DNA of 64,000 bases from Giardia intestinalis (Eukaryota), in the NCBI GenBank assembly GCA_000002435.2, contig CM018792.1; one strand, written 5' to 3'. This document shows positions 52,773 to 61,462 of the stretch, one piece after another. Under the pieces are notes generated by a model. That model did no database searches. It was not told where the DNA came from and worked only from the letters and a program-made list of their open reading frames with translations. Each line of letters opens with the position of its first letter. The first letter of the stretch is position 1. The translations under genes were made by a program, and so were the position numbers.

Positions 52773-55700
52773 ATGCAGCACGTCTTGCCGCAGTTTCAAA
52801 AAGCACAGTCTCGAGGAGCATCTGAGAGGAGATCATCTTGTTTGCAGCGCCATCCAATTAACCCACTTGCCAAGGAATTTGACTACCGAGAGTCTGAGCG
52901 GGTTTTTGCAGAGGCCTCTGTAACAACCGTTTGCGGCAACGGTCGGGACATTGCCATTGACGGCGTTCCAGGAATAGGGTCTCTTTGTAATCCGCGCGCC
53001 GTATCCATCTACGCACCCGATAATCCGCCTTATTCAGCTACAGACACATTTCATCTGCTTATCGCCGATTCTACAGGGCTACGAGTGGCTAGTCGCTCGG
53101 TTTTACGCACACTTAAGACCCTAACAACTAAGAACTCTGTAGCGTCTGTTTCCATCGCGGGGGTCGTCCAGGTTCCTTTGGGTGTGGTGTTCACAGATGA
53201 TATTCATCATAAGATAAAGCTGCTGCGCCCTCTTCCTTCCAATAAGATGCTAGACCCCTATGATTCACTTCTAGACAAAACATTTTATACGGAGCAGCGC
53301 AAGGACAAACGAAGTGCAGATGTTACGCACAGTTTGATAACTCTCTCAGGCTCTGTCGCGGGCCATGCAGACGGGCTGATCACCAAGGCGCTCTTCAACA
53401 GACCTACTGGACTCGCCAGTGCATGCAGCGGCCGAATAATTCTGATTTGCGATACCGGAAATAATTGCATTCGTTGCCTCGATATTCAAAACCACTTTGT
53501 GACTACGCTTGTGGGTACTCCTGGAAAGTCGAAGTCTGAATACATGACTAAGAGACAATCAAACCCGCTGGATCCTTTTGTGAGGGAGGCCATTCCTATT
53601 GACAAGGCAACCCTCAGAAGGCCGATGGGGATCTGCATCTCCAGTACAAAACCGGGGGTTGTTTATATAACAGACACCGGTAACCACACTGTCAAAAAGA
53701 TAGACACGATCAATCAGCTAGTTCAAAACATCGCTGGGTTAGAGGGTCAAGCGGGGTCCTCCCTGGGCTATGAGAGTATGCTCAATACACCGATAGGAAT
53801 ATGCGAACTGCCAGACAGAACGCTCTTAGTATCTGACAAGGTGGGGCTGCACCGTGTCTGTCCAGATAGATGTTTTCTTTGGCAAGTGTCAAGCACTAGA
53901 AAAAGCTCGGGCTGGAGAGACGGCCCTCTCGCAAAAGCCCTGTTCAGTAGTCCGAATGGACTTGCCTTCGACGGAGAGCACGTGTTTGTTTGCGATATTG
54001 GAAACCAGAATATCCGCATGATCACGTTTGGCGCAGTGACAGCCCAGGATGGTGCATCGGCCCTGAACGCGGCATTATCTGAGCACCAGGAAAGCAACAC
54101 CGGGAACCCTGGTGCTCCTAAGCAGGAAAGAGATGGGCGAGCTATGCCCGTTGATAGAACAGAAGACTATGGGAAACACATTAGCTATCAGAACGGTGCG
54201 CAGGACTACGATGATAACGACACTGTTGAAATACACGGGAGCAGGGCATCCTATTCTAAAGAAAAGGCAATTCCTTCTTCAGTCAAATTCACAACAGCGG
54301 ATAATATTCGCCACGTGCGGGAGCGCAAGCGAAGTGGTACTCCAGATTATGGTTACTACCGACACATGCATCGAGAAGAAAAGCAGAGAATTCAATCAGA
54401 GTCCAGTGACAGCACAGAGATGATAGAAAAAGTTGTCGTTACTCCTATGGAAGGTAGCCACGGAAAAACTTCTAATCTTAGCCCTAAGACTCTGGATGCA
54501 AGGGCACAGTCTCTGCAGGCGCGCACGGGGTACAACTTTAAGACAGTGCGAAGAACGGATTCTTCGGATGCTAACGCCTCTGAAGCGCGGGTTGGTGGCC
54601 CAATGGACCCACTGCTTAAAGAGGATGACGTTCCCAATCTTACTAAAATAGAAGTTCTTAGGGGTACAAATGCATCTCTCCATAATGCGATATTAGAACC
54701 TCATCTACAGGTTGAGAGTGTAATTGATGCCGCAAGGGTGACTGGAGCCGGCACAGCGGCTGTAGAGCAAACAGTTTTTACTAGAACGCGAAAGTCAACT
54801 GGACATGATGAGATTAGTATAAGTGGCACCCGTGTCAATCATACTCCCGATACGGTCTTAGAGCAATTTAGGGTAGAGCCGTACACTAATTCACGAGCAG
54901 GTGGAGACCACTTGATGGCTCATACACAGAACACAGCACCCCACCAACTCCAAAAGCACGAGCACTTAACAGAAGCGGAAGACGAATATACTCTATACAA
55001 GTCACTGTCATCAACTGCCAGTACTGGCGCCAGGTCCATGAACGATTGCTCATTTCCCTCACGAAATATAGACACACCAATGGTCACACTAGGGCGCTTA
55101 GACAAGAGAGCCAAGAGCAGTGCAACAAAGCAGCTTCCATACCTTAACGACCCCATGTCTCCAGAGGCTTCAGACAAGCTACAGGATGGAGGTAGCAAGA
55201 CAGGGCAGAGAAGAACTAGACCAGGGTCCCACAGAGAGTACATAGCCACCTCAATAGAGTCGGAATCGTCACGTTCTGGGTCCGATGGCCGACGATTCAG
55301 GCCAGAATCCATAAGGAAAAGATCCAGTAGCTGGGGCAGTCCACACAAATCCAAGGAGGCTTCAGATTTGCGAATATCACCCTCATTGTCAAAGAGGTTC
55401 ACCAATCCACCAAGAAACATTAACGACTTATTACTCAGCAAATACCAAGAGAAGCACAAAAGTTTCTTCGTAGCACTTGTACGGTGCTCACATAGTCACG
55501 CATCCATGGTATTCTCGCATGTTCCCAGGAGAGATGGCGAGATCACTGCATTAGACTTCTACTCCATGGTAATATCTCGTTGCATAGCTGCAAAGTTCCT
55601 CCTCCTCATGGTGAAGGTGGTGGACGGAGATCAGCTATGCACAGCTGGTTTTGACTCTCTGGGAAGACAAGCTCTGTCACTTAATGACTTCGGGAAACAT

Positions 55701-56156
55701 AACGGGGCGCATTCTCGCGGAAAGACAGCCAAGAATGCATCACTGAGTATGGGAGCAGCTGCTATCTTTTCTGTTTATGGAGACAGTGCAGACCTTTCTG
55801 TTAAAAGCATAACAGTGAGTGGAGTTAAGACTAAGATCACTACAAAGTTTGGGAAGTCACTAGACCTCTCATTGATACAATTCCCCGATCTCATTGACAG
55901 GACAATGTGGCGATCCTCGGCTCAACTCTCACAGATAATAGACAATGCAGAGATCGATGAAGAAGAAAACAAAGAAAATATAACTCTGGTGTGTCCAATA
56001 GAAATAACCTTTTCATATCAGCAGATACGGAGCACAGCAACAGTTGACCTTTTGTTAACAAATGAAAAGCTGACCTTAAGGTACACTACAGACGAGTGCA
56101 CACATCAGCTATGCGGCTTTTTGCATACACAGGCACTCTATCCAATTCAGATGTAA
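52773..56156 (+). CDS. NHL-repeat beta-propeller protein with a long low-complexity C-terminal region (1127 aa).
   Basis: Several NHL-type blades (RPMGICISSTKPGVVYITDTGNHTVKKID; LVSDKVGLHRVC; PNGLAFDGEHVFVCDIGNQNIRMI; RIILICDTGNNCIRCLD). Confidence 0.5.
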   Translation: MQHVLPQFQKAQSRGASERRSSCLQRHPINPLAKEFDYRESERVFAEASVTTVCGNGRDIAIDGVPGIGSLCNPRAVSIYAPDNPPYSATDTFHLLIADSTGLRVASRSVLRTLKTLTTKNSVASVSIAGVVQVPLGVVFTDDIHHKIKLLRPLPSNKMLDPYDSLLDKTFYTEQRKDKRSADVTHSLITLSGSVAGHADGLITKALFNRPTGLASACSGRIILICDTGNNCIRCLDIQNHFVTTLVGTPGKSKSEYMTKRQSNPLDPFVREAIPIDKATLRRPMGICISSTKPGVVYITDTGNHTVKKIDTINQLVQNIAGLEGQAGSSLGYESMLNTPIGICELPDRTLLVSDKVGLHRVCPDRCFLWQVSSTRKSSGWRDGPLAKALFSSPNGLAFDGEHVFVCDIGNQNIRMITFGAVTAQDGASALNAALSEHQESNTGNPGAPKQERDGRAMPVDRTEDYGKHISYQNGAQDYDDNDTVEIHGSRASYSKEKAIPSSVKFTTADNIRHVRERKRSGTPDYGYYRHMHREEKQRIQSESSDSTEMIEKVVVTPMEGSHGKTSNLSPKTLDARAQSLQARTGYNFKTVRRTDSSDANASEARVGGPMDPLLKEDDVPNLTKIEVLRGTNASLHNAILEPHLQVESVIDAARVTGAGTAAVEQTVFTRTRKSTGHDEISISGTRVNHTPDTVLEQFRVEPYTNSRAGGDHLMAHTQNTAPHQLQKHEHLTEAEDEYTLYKSLSSTASTGARSMNDCSFPSRNIDTPMVTLGRLDKRAKSSATKQLPYLNDPMSPEASDKLQDGGSKTGQRRTRPGSHREYIATSIESESSRSGSDGRRFRPESIRKRSSSWGSPHKSKEASDLRISPSLSKRFTNPPRNINDLLLSKYQEKHKSFFVALVRCSHSHASMVFSHVPRRDGEITALDFYSMVISRCIAAKFLLLMVKVVDGDQLCTAGFDSLGRQALSLNDFGKHNGAHSRGKTAKNASLSMGAAAIFSVYGDSADLSVKSITVSGVKTKITTKFGKSLDLSLIQFPDLIDRTMWRSSAQLSQIIDNAEIDEEENKENITLVCPIEITFSYQQIRSTATVDLLLTNEKLTLRYTTDECTHQLCGFLHTQALYPIQM

Positions 56157-56168
56157 ATTATTCAGCGG

Positions 56169-56969
56169 TTACTCCCATTCATGGCCAGCAGGAGCAAGCT
56201 TAAGCTGCTGCAGAGTGGCCTTAGAAAACTGGATGATCTTCTTAGCACGGTACTCAGGCCCTAGCGCCCTTTTACCATCAAATACGCGTGTCAGCTGCCT
56301 GCGCAGCTCTTCAATATACTCAGCACTGCCGAACCTAAACTCGGATACCTCCGTGGTATCGTTGATCATAATGTATTTTTTATTTTGCTCATGAACATGT
56401 GCGGCCATGGTGGGAGCAAATATCTCTGCTAGAAGCTCTGCATTTGAGGTCTCTGGCTGTGCAAGCTTGGTAGAGAACCAACGCATAAGCATAGCCTTTA
56501 GCTTATCGCGGATCCTCGCCTCAAGCTCCTCGAGAGACTGAGCGTCCTTGAAGTCCATCTCAATCCGGCCTGGCGAGGCAGCACTATTATTGGACGGGTC
56601 GGCATTGAGAGCGCCCGCCACTCGATCCTGAGTCTTTGGCACCTGGAATGAGTGCACATGCTTGAATTTCTCCTTTATGAGTTCTGCCCTCTTGATATTG
56701 ACTTCCTGGCGGCGCTTTGCACGGCTGAGAGCATCCTTTTCCTCCAGTCTACTATGACTTTGCATTTCGGCTATGTCTATGACCTGCTTGGTCAGCAACT
56801 TCTGCAACTTTTCAACCTTTGCAGCTTCTTCGTTCTCTGGCGCATCTGGGTCTTTACCCCGACGTGGAGCCTCCTGCCGCCGATCTAGGACAACTGACTC
56901 AAAGCTTGGCGTGAAGAGAAGCCCAAGGTGTGCAAAGATCCCCTCTGTGGGGGGCTGGAGCAGGTTCAT
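56169..56969 (-). CDS. Hypothetical coiled-coil protein (266 aa).
   Basis: An uninterrupted ORF, charged and predicted helical. No family was recognised. Confidence 0.45.
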   Translation of the reverse strand: MNLLQPPTEGIFAHLGLLFTPSFESVVLDRRQEAPRRGKDPDAPENEEAAKVEKLQKLLTKQVIDIAEMQSHSRLEEKDALSRAKRRQEVNIKRAELIKEKFKHVHSFQVPKTQDRVAGALNADPSNNSAASPGRIEMDFKDAQSLEELEARIRDKLKAMLMRWFSTKLAQPETSNAELLAEIFAPTMAAHVHEQNKKYIMINDTTEVSEFRFGSAEYIEELRRQLTRVFDGKRALGPEYRAKKIIQFSKATLQQLKLAPAGHEWE

Positions 56970-57073
56970 TATCTTCTGTAAATGTTACCTCAGGTTTGAG
57001 ATAGAATATTCTAATAAAATACTAAGAACTTTAAATTGGATTTAGCGCAAATCTGTTTGCTCACGGACGAGCC

Positions 57074-57667
57074 ATGTCGCGAATCGTTATCGACTGCAAG
57101 GGGCACATCCTGGGGCGCCTTTCCGCCATTGTTGCTAAGGAGCTTTTGCACGGGCACGAGGTTGCCCTCGTCCGCTGCGAGAAGGCGATCATTAGCGGTG
57201 CGTTCCGAGATGTCAAGGCACACTACCTCAAGAAGATGCACAAGCGCACAAACTTCAACCATCTCCGTGGCCCCTTCCACTTTCGCGCGCCCGCCGAGAT
57301 TGTGCGCAGAACGATTAGGGGCATGATTCCGTACAAGACGGTTCGTGGCAGCGACGCCATGAGCCGCCTCCGTGTCTACGACGGGATCCCTCCCTGCTGT
57401 GCGAGGTACAAGCGCGTGGTCTGCCCGTCAGCGATGGCGTACCTTTGCTTGAGGCCTGAGCGCAGAAGGTGTGAGGTCGGCCGAGTGGCCCATGAGATCG
57501 GCTGGCAGCACGCAGCAGACGTAGAGAGGTACGAGAAGAGGAGGCTGGAAGAGTGCGACAAGTGGTACCAGGACAAGATCCAAATTGACAAGAAGATCGC
57601 TGAGGCAGCCGAGAAGGACGCCGAGCTCCAGAGGATCAATGCGGAGCTCGCCAAGTATGGTTACTAG
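57074..57667 (+). CDS. RPL13A: 60S ribosomal protein L13a (uL13).
   Basis: MSRIVIDCKGHILGRLSAIVAKELLHGHEVALVRCE...RGPFHFRAPAEIVRRTIRGMIPYKTVRGSDAMSRLRVYDGIPP is collinear with eukaryotic L13a. An AGTAAAC poly(A) signal lies at 57689-57695. Confidence 0.9.
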   Translation: MSRIVIDCKGHILGRLSAIVAKELLHGHEVALVRCEKAIISGAFRDVKAHYLKKMHKRTNFNHLRGPFHFRAPAEIVRRTIRGMIPYKTVRGSDAMSRLRVYDGIPPCCARYKRVVCPSAMAYLCLRPERRRCEVGRVAHEIGWQHAADVERYEKRRLEECDKWYQDKIQIDKKIAEAAEKDAELQRINAELAKYGY

Positions 57668-57721
57668 GCATGCTAAGCATTTACAAGCAGTAAACAGCCC
57701 CAGGTGTGTCTTCTTTGCACG

Positions 57722-58303
57722 TCATTGGGAAGGGCACTGGACGTCGCCGTCCTTCTTGAGGCTCGTGCGGCGAGCTTCGGCAGCGGCTTTCTCTGCGCTG
57801 CGGATGTCTGGAGGTTTTGTGTATGCTATGATGAGGGTGTTGTTCTGGAGCTTCAGCTTGGCGAGATTGGCCAGGTGAGGCAACTTGGCACGGCGTAAGT
57901 CTTGAATAACCAGACGCTTGAAGTACTTCTTGTTCTGTGTTTTTAGCAGGAGCTCATCATTTTCTACTGTGAGAAAATAGTTACTCTCTGGGCCAGGTAG
58001 ATTCGTTATCTTAAAGACAAATGCCGTCTCACTGTCTAGTCTAGAAACCGTTGGAGTAGACTTGGAAGCGTACATCCCAGCAACCACCTCTGTTGAACTA
58101 GCTTCAGCAACCTCTCCAACCTCTATCTCCCATGACATCTCGCGGCCCAAGTTCGTTCTGCGCCGCCACTTTCGGAGAAGAAGAAGTTGGGTATCTGCCG
58201 CAAATTCTTCAATGCATTCAGAGCCATCCTCGAAGACTGTATGTATGCGGCATACGTTGTTCTGATTTACAGCTGTCTTCTTTCCTCCCGGAATTAGGGA
58301 CAT
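57722..58303 (-). CDS. DPCD: DPCD (deleted in primary ciliary dyskinesia) homologue (193 aa).
   Basis: Collinear with metazoan DPCD. [14 protein letters not shown] matches [52 protein letters not shown] matches [51 protein letters not shown] matches TLIISYQKP. The C-terminus DGDVQCPSQ matches DGDCKTQ. Confidence 0.75.
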   Translation of the reverse strand: [193 protein letters not shown]

Positions 58304-58732
58304 CTACAGCTTTCTACGCTTTATTAAAAAGGCAGGTAATGCGAACGTCTCTCGGCGGCACGCCGAAATTTCGTTGTAGATCACGACGACTCTGTTAATA
58401 CACTAATGGTCTGCACAAGGTATTGCCCATGCTGCTTTTTGAGTGATGCAAACTAGCACTTAAAAGCGCTTAAGTGCACTGGCTAAAAAGGTTCAATTGA
58501 TCGGGTTATCGAGCTGTGACAGATCCAGGATTAACTTTGAATGAGATCCATAAAGGCACTACTTTAATATATGTCAGATTGATGAGATGCAGCGTACCAG
58601 ACCAGAAGAGTGTAAGGCTTTCGATAGGCCAAACAACAGATTGAAGCCCATTTAAACTCACTATGCGGGCACATGACAAGGGAGCTTTCAAATATTGCAG
58701 CTAAACCCTACCCTTTAGGGACAGACGTTAAC

Positions 58733-59767
58733 TCAGATATCGACTAACATCAGAGTATGCATACTGTCGAGCTTTCTCAGGGATTCCTTTGCTCTTTCCA
58801 CATAACAACTAGCGTCTGAATCGGGATGGTCTGTAACGGGAGCAGCTAGTAGCTGCGCCACCGTGTCTGGACCTACACCGCTGATACGAGCATTTCCATT
58901 AATCTTAAGTGTGAGTCGAGGTATTAACGCTAGCGCATCCAAATCTTCAATGTTGTAGAGAGAGAGCGAGATCTCCAGCACATCAAGCTTCATAATAGAT
59001 AGACTGCAAATCCCCGTGTCGCGGGCATCTTGGCTTCCAAGAAGACTCTCCGATTGTGGCATGGAGCAGTGAGAGAAGTGGAGTTCTTTCAGCAGAGGGA
59101 AGCAATCAGCAATAGAAAATAAGAGTTGCGAAGAGATCCAGTGACAGTCATCAATCTCTAACAATTGTAGCTTTGAAAGTACAATAGCAGGGGTGGTACA
59201 CGTGCTCAGCATTCCAAGTTTATGAAAGAGACTTGCCCCCTTAATGAGGTCAATCGGAAACTGGCGAGAAGACGCCGTTGTGAGCTTAAGAGATAGCCTG
59301 CGCAGATTTGGAAACGTGTGATCAATGTATGAGAGTATTAGGTTTTCCGGTATGTTAAGTTGTACGTCGTGAAGCAGTAAACTTTCAATATGTTGAAGCT
59401 CATATGAAAGTGCGAAGAACGGATAGAACAGGAGGCGAGGGCTATTTCTGACAATTAGCTTCTTGACTGTGTTAGCATGGACGGCTGAGCCGAGTATCCA
59501 AAGAATCTTCTTTCCGCCTTCTATCTCGTTACTGGTAAGTTCCTCTACTAAAATGGTATGCACATCTTTACACAGCACCTCGGACATTTCGTATTTGGTG
59601 CTGAACTTGTCATTGACAAGCAGAACACCATCTTGTATTAGCGGTGACAAAGATGGGCCAGTTACGGGATCAGCCGTTGGCTGCAGTTGAGGGTCAGTTA
59701 CAGGTGTCCTAGTAGTGTTCGAAGGCATCAATAATCGCTTAAGAGGTGGAGGCATGAGAAGAGACAT
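58733..59767 (-). CDS. Leucine-rich-repeat (F-box/LRR-like) protein (344 aa).
   Basis: Repeated L..L..L.L..C..I periodicity (LRRLSLKLTT, LQLLEIDDCHWIS, LKELHFSHCSM, LDVLEISLSL). Confidence 0.5.
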   Translation of the reverse strand: MSLLMPPPLKRLLMPSNTTRTPVTDPQLQPTADPVTGPSLSPLIQDGVLLVNDKFSTKYEMSEVLCKDVHTILVEELTSNEIEGGKKILWILGSAVHANTVKKLIVRNSPRLLFYPFFALSYELQHIESLLLHDVQLNIPENLILSYIDHTFPNLRRLSLKLTTASSRQFPIDLIKGASLFHKLGMLSTCTTPAIVLSKLQLLEIDDCHWISSQLLFSIADCFPLLKELHFSHCSMPQSESLLGSQDARDTGICSLSIMKLDVLEISLSLYNIEDLDALALIPRLTLKINGNARISGVGPDTVAQLLAAPVTDHPDSDASCYVERAKESLRKLDSMHTLMLVDI

Positions 59768-59848
59768 ATGGATATACGAGTAGATTGTCTCTAACTTTAA
59801 ATCTTCTGAGTGCCAAGACTTTTAGGATAGACCTGGTCCTCTGCAAAA

Positions 59849-61444
59849 ATGAAGCCTCCCGGTCACAAAGAGCAATGGGGGAAGGGTCTTGTAAGTCTGC
59901 ACAAAACAGTGAACGTCACTACACCGACCTGTCAAATAGTCCATGTCCTGCGACAGGCAGCAGAGAAAATGCCGCTCAGACTCGATGCTGACAAAAGCTT
60001 GGTTCAGAGTGGCAGGTTGTTATACGAAAAGGCGAACAGTCCGATAAACTATTTTCGGCGCGCCCCTTTATTTACCTACCATACCCCTAACAACGCCACA
60101 TATGAAGGCAAGATCACCCCATACACCTCAGTTTTAGGTATCCCGGCATACCGTATTACATCTGCCGCTCCCAGATCTACCACTGGAAAGCGTCGCCTAT
60201 CATCCCCATCACCTCAAGGTCCGGCAAAAATCCCAAAGGGCATGCTACCGATAACCTGCCAAGGCACTAGTATGGAAGCCCTCGAGCAGCGGAGGAAGTA
60301 CAACAATGCCATGAGGGTATTTAAAAGGCACGTTCATAGAGCACGCCTTGAGTCAGCACTCCAGACCATGACATACGACCCAGAATTTGATGCTCATGAG
60401 TATCTGCGAGATGACATTGCACACGAGCTTCGGATACGCTCCCTGGAGGCCATGAAACAGAAGTATTGCAACCAAGATGAGATTTACTTTGCAGAGTACG
60501 CCAGCTATCATCAACCGCTACTCAACTACAAAGACAAGACTACCATGGAGCACAAGCAAATACACTCTATTACATCCAATACGCAGTCATTCATTGGGCA
60601 ATGCGACAACACTCAGTACCAACTACGACCCAAAACAGATGACACTAGATTGTACGGATCAGGAGATGTACACAGTAACCAGTTAAAACGGCGAAAGAAA
60701 ATGTTGATCGATATGCGCATGGACCAGTGTTGTGATGACGACGAAACAGCTGCGTATGTGGCGATGTATGGCATCTTCAGTAAGTTCAGGGGGATGGATA
60801 TCAAGCGTGCGACAAAGATACCGCATCTAGTTAATGGAATATACAATGACCTGGCAGACTTAGTCCATCTGCGCCCTGCCCGAGCCTTCGATGCAGATAG
60901 CTCGTTTGACGCTAGAGATGAGATTGAATCACTGACAAGTGAAAACGGCGAGGATACTGAGCATTATATTTCTGGGCTGTGTAAAAGAAACGCCTCCAAA
61001 GAAGCAAGCCGATCTGAAGGGCCTCGTCGGGGCACCATACACACACCCAAGACTGTACAAAGCAAGTCGAGATCCAGACGCCATCCTTACCCAAGCGTAC
61101 AGTCCGATAAGAGACAGACAAGCACCGGATATTTACATCCAGCTCCAGGCAAACAGAATCTCCCTGGGACCATAGGTAGAGAGTCATCTCCTGTAATATC
61201 TAAGGCTAGCCCATTTATTTATCAAGCGCCTCCTATTCAACAAGGAAATCAGCATTTCACCAGCTTTGCGGTCACCGACCAATCTTTAGAAAGACCGGAC
61301 GGGGGCCTGGGCGACAGGATCGCAAACTACATTCGCACAACATTAGAACCGATCGCCATTCGTAGGGAAAGCGTTGAGGATGGATCTTCGATACGAGAAA
61401 TAAGCGAGGCTTCCATTGATCTTTCGCCCTCGTCTAAGGACTAG
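59849..61444 (+). CDS. Hypothetical protein (531 aa). The start is uncertain.
   Basis: A long ORF transcribed divergently from the LRR gene across an 80-bp gap. No domain was recognised. Confidence 0.4.
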   Translation: MKPPGHKEQWGKGLVSLHKTVNVTTPTCQIVHVLRQAAEKMPLRLDADKSLVQSGRLLYEKANSPINYFRRAPLFTYHTPNNATYEGKITPYTSVLGIPAYRITSAAPRSTTGKRRLSSPSPQGPAKIPKGMLPITCQGTSMEALEQRRKYNNAMRVFKRHVHRARLESALQTMTYDPEFDAHEYLRDDIAHELRIRSLEAMKQKYCNQDEIYFAEYASYHQPLLNYKDKTTMEHKQIHSITSNTQSFIGQCDNTQYQLRPKTDDTRLYGSGDVHSNQLKRRKKMLIDMRMDQCCDDDETAAYVAMYGIFSKFRGMDIKRATKIPHLVNGIYNDLADLVHLRPARAFDADSSFDARDEIESLTSENGEDTEHYISGLCKRNASKEASRSEGPRRGTIHTPKTVQSKSRSRRHPYPSVQSDKRQTSTGYLHPAPGKQNLPGTIGRESSPVISKASPFIYQAPPIQQGNQHFTSFAVTDQSLERPDGGLGDRIANYIRTTLEPIAIRRESVEDGSSIREISEASIDLSPSSKD

Positions 61445-61462
61445 ATGGTAGTTAACTTGTCT

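Noticed and set aside
58570-58700. Possible C/D-box snoRNA (a TGATGA box at ~58577).
   Set aside because: No matching downstream CTGA D-box or terminal stem was seen within about 120 nt, so the evidence is insufficient to call an snoRNA.
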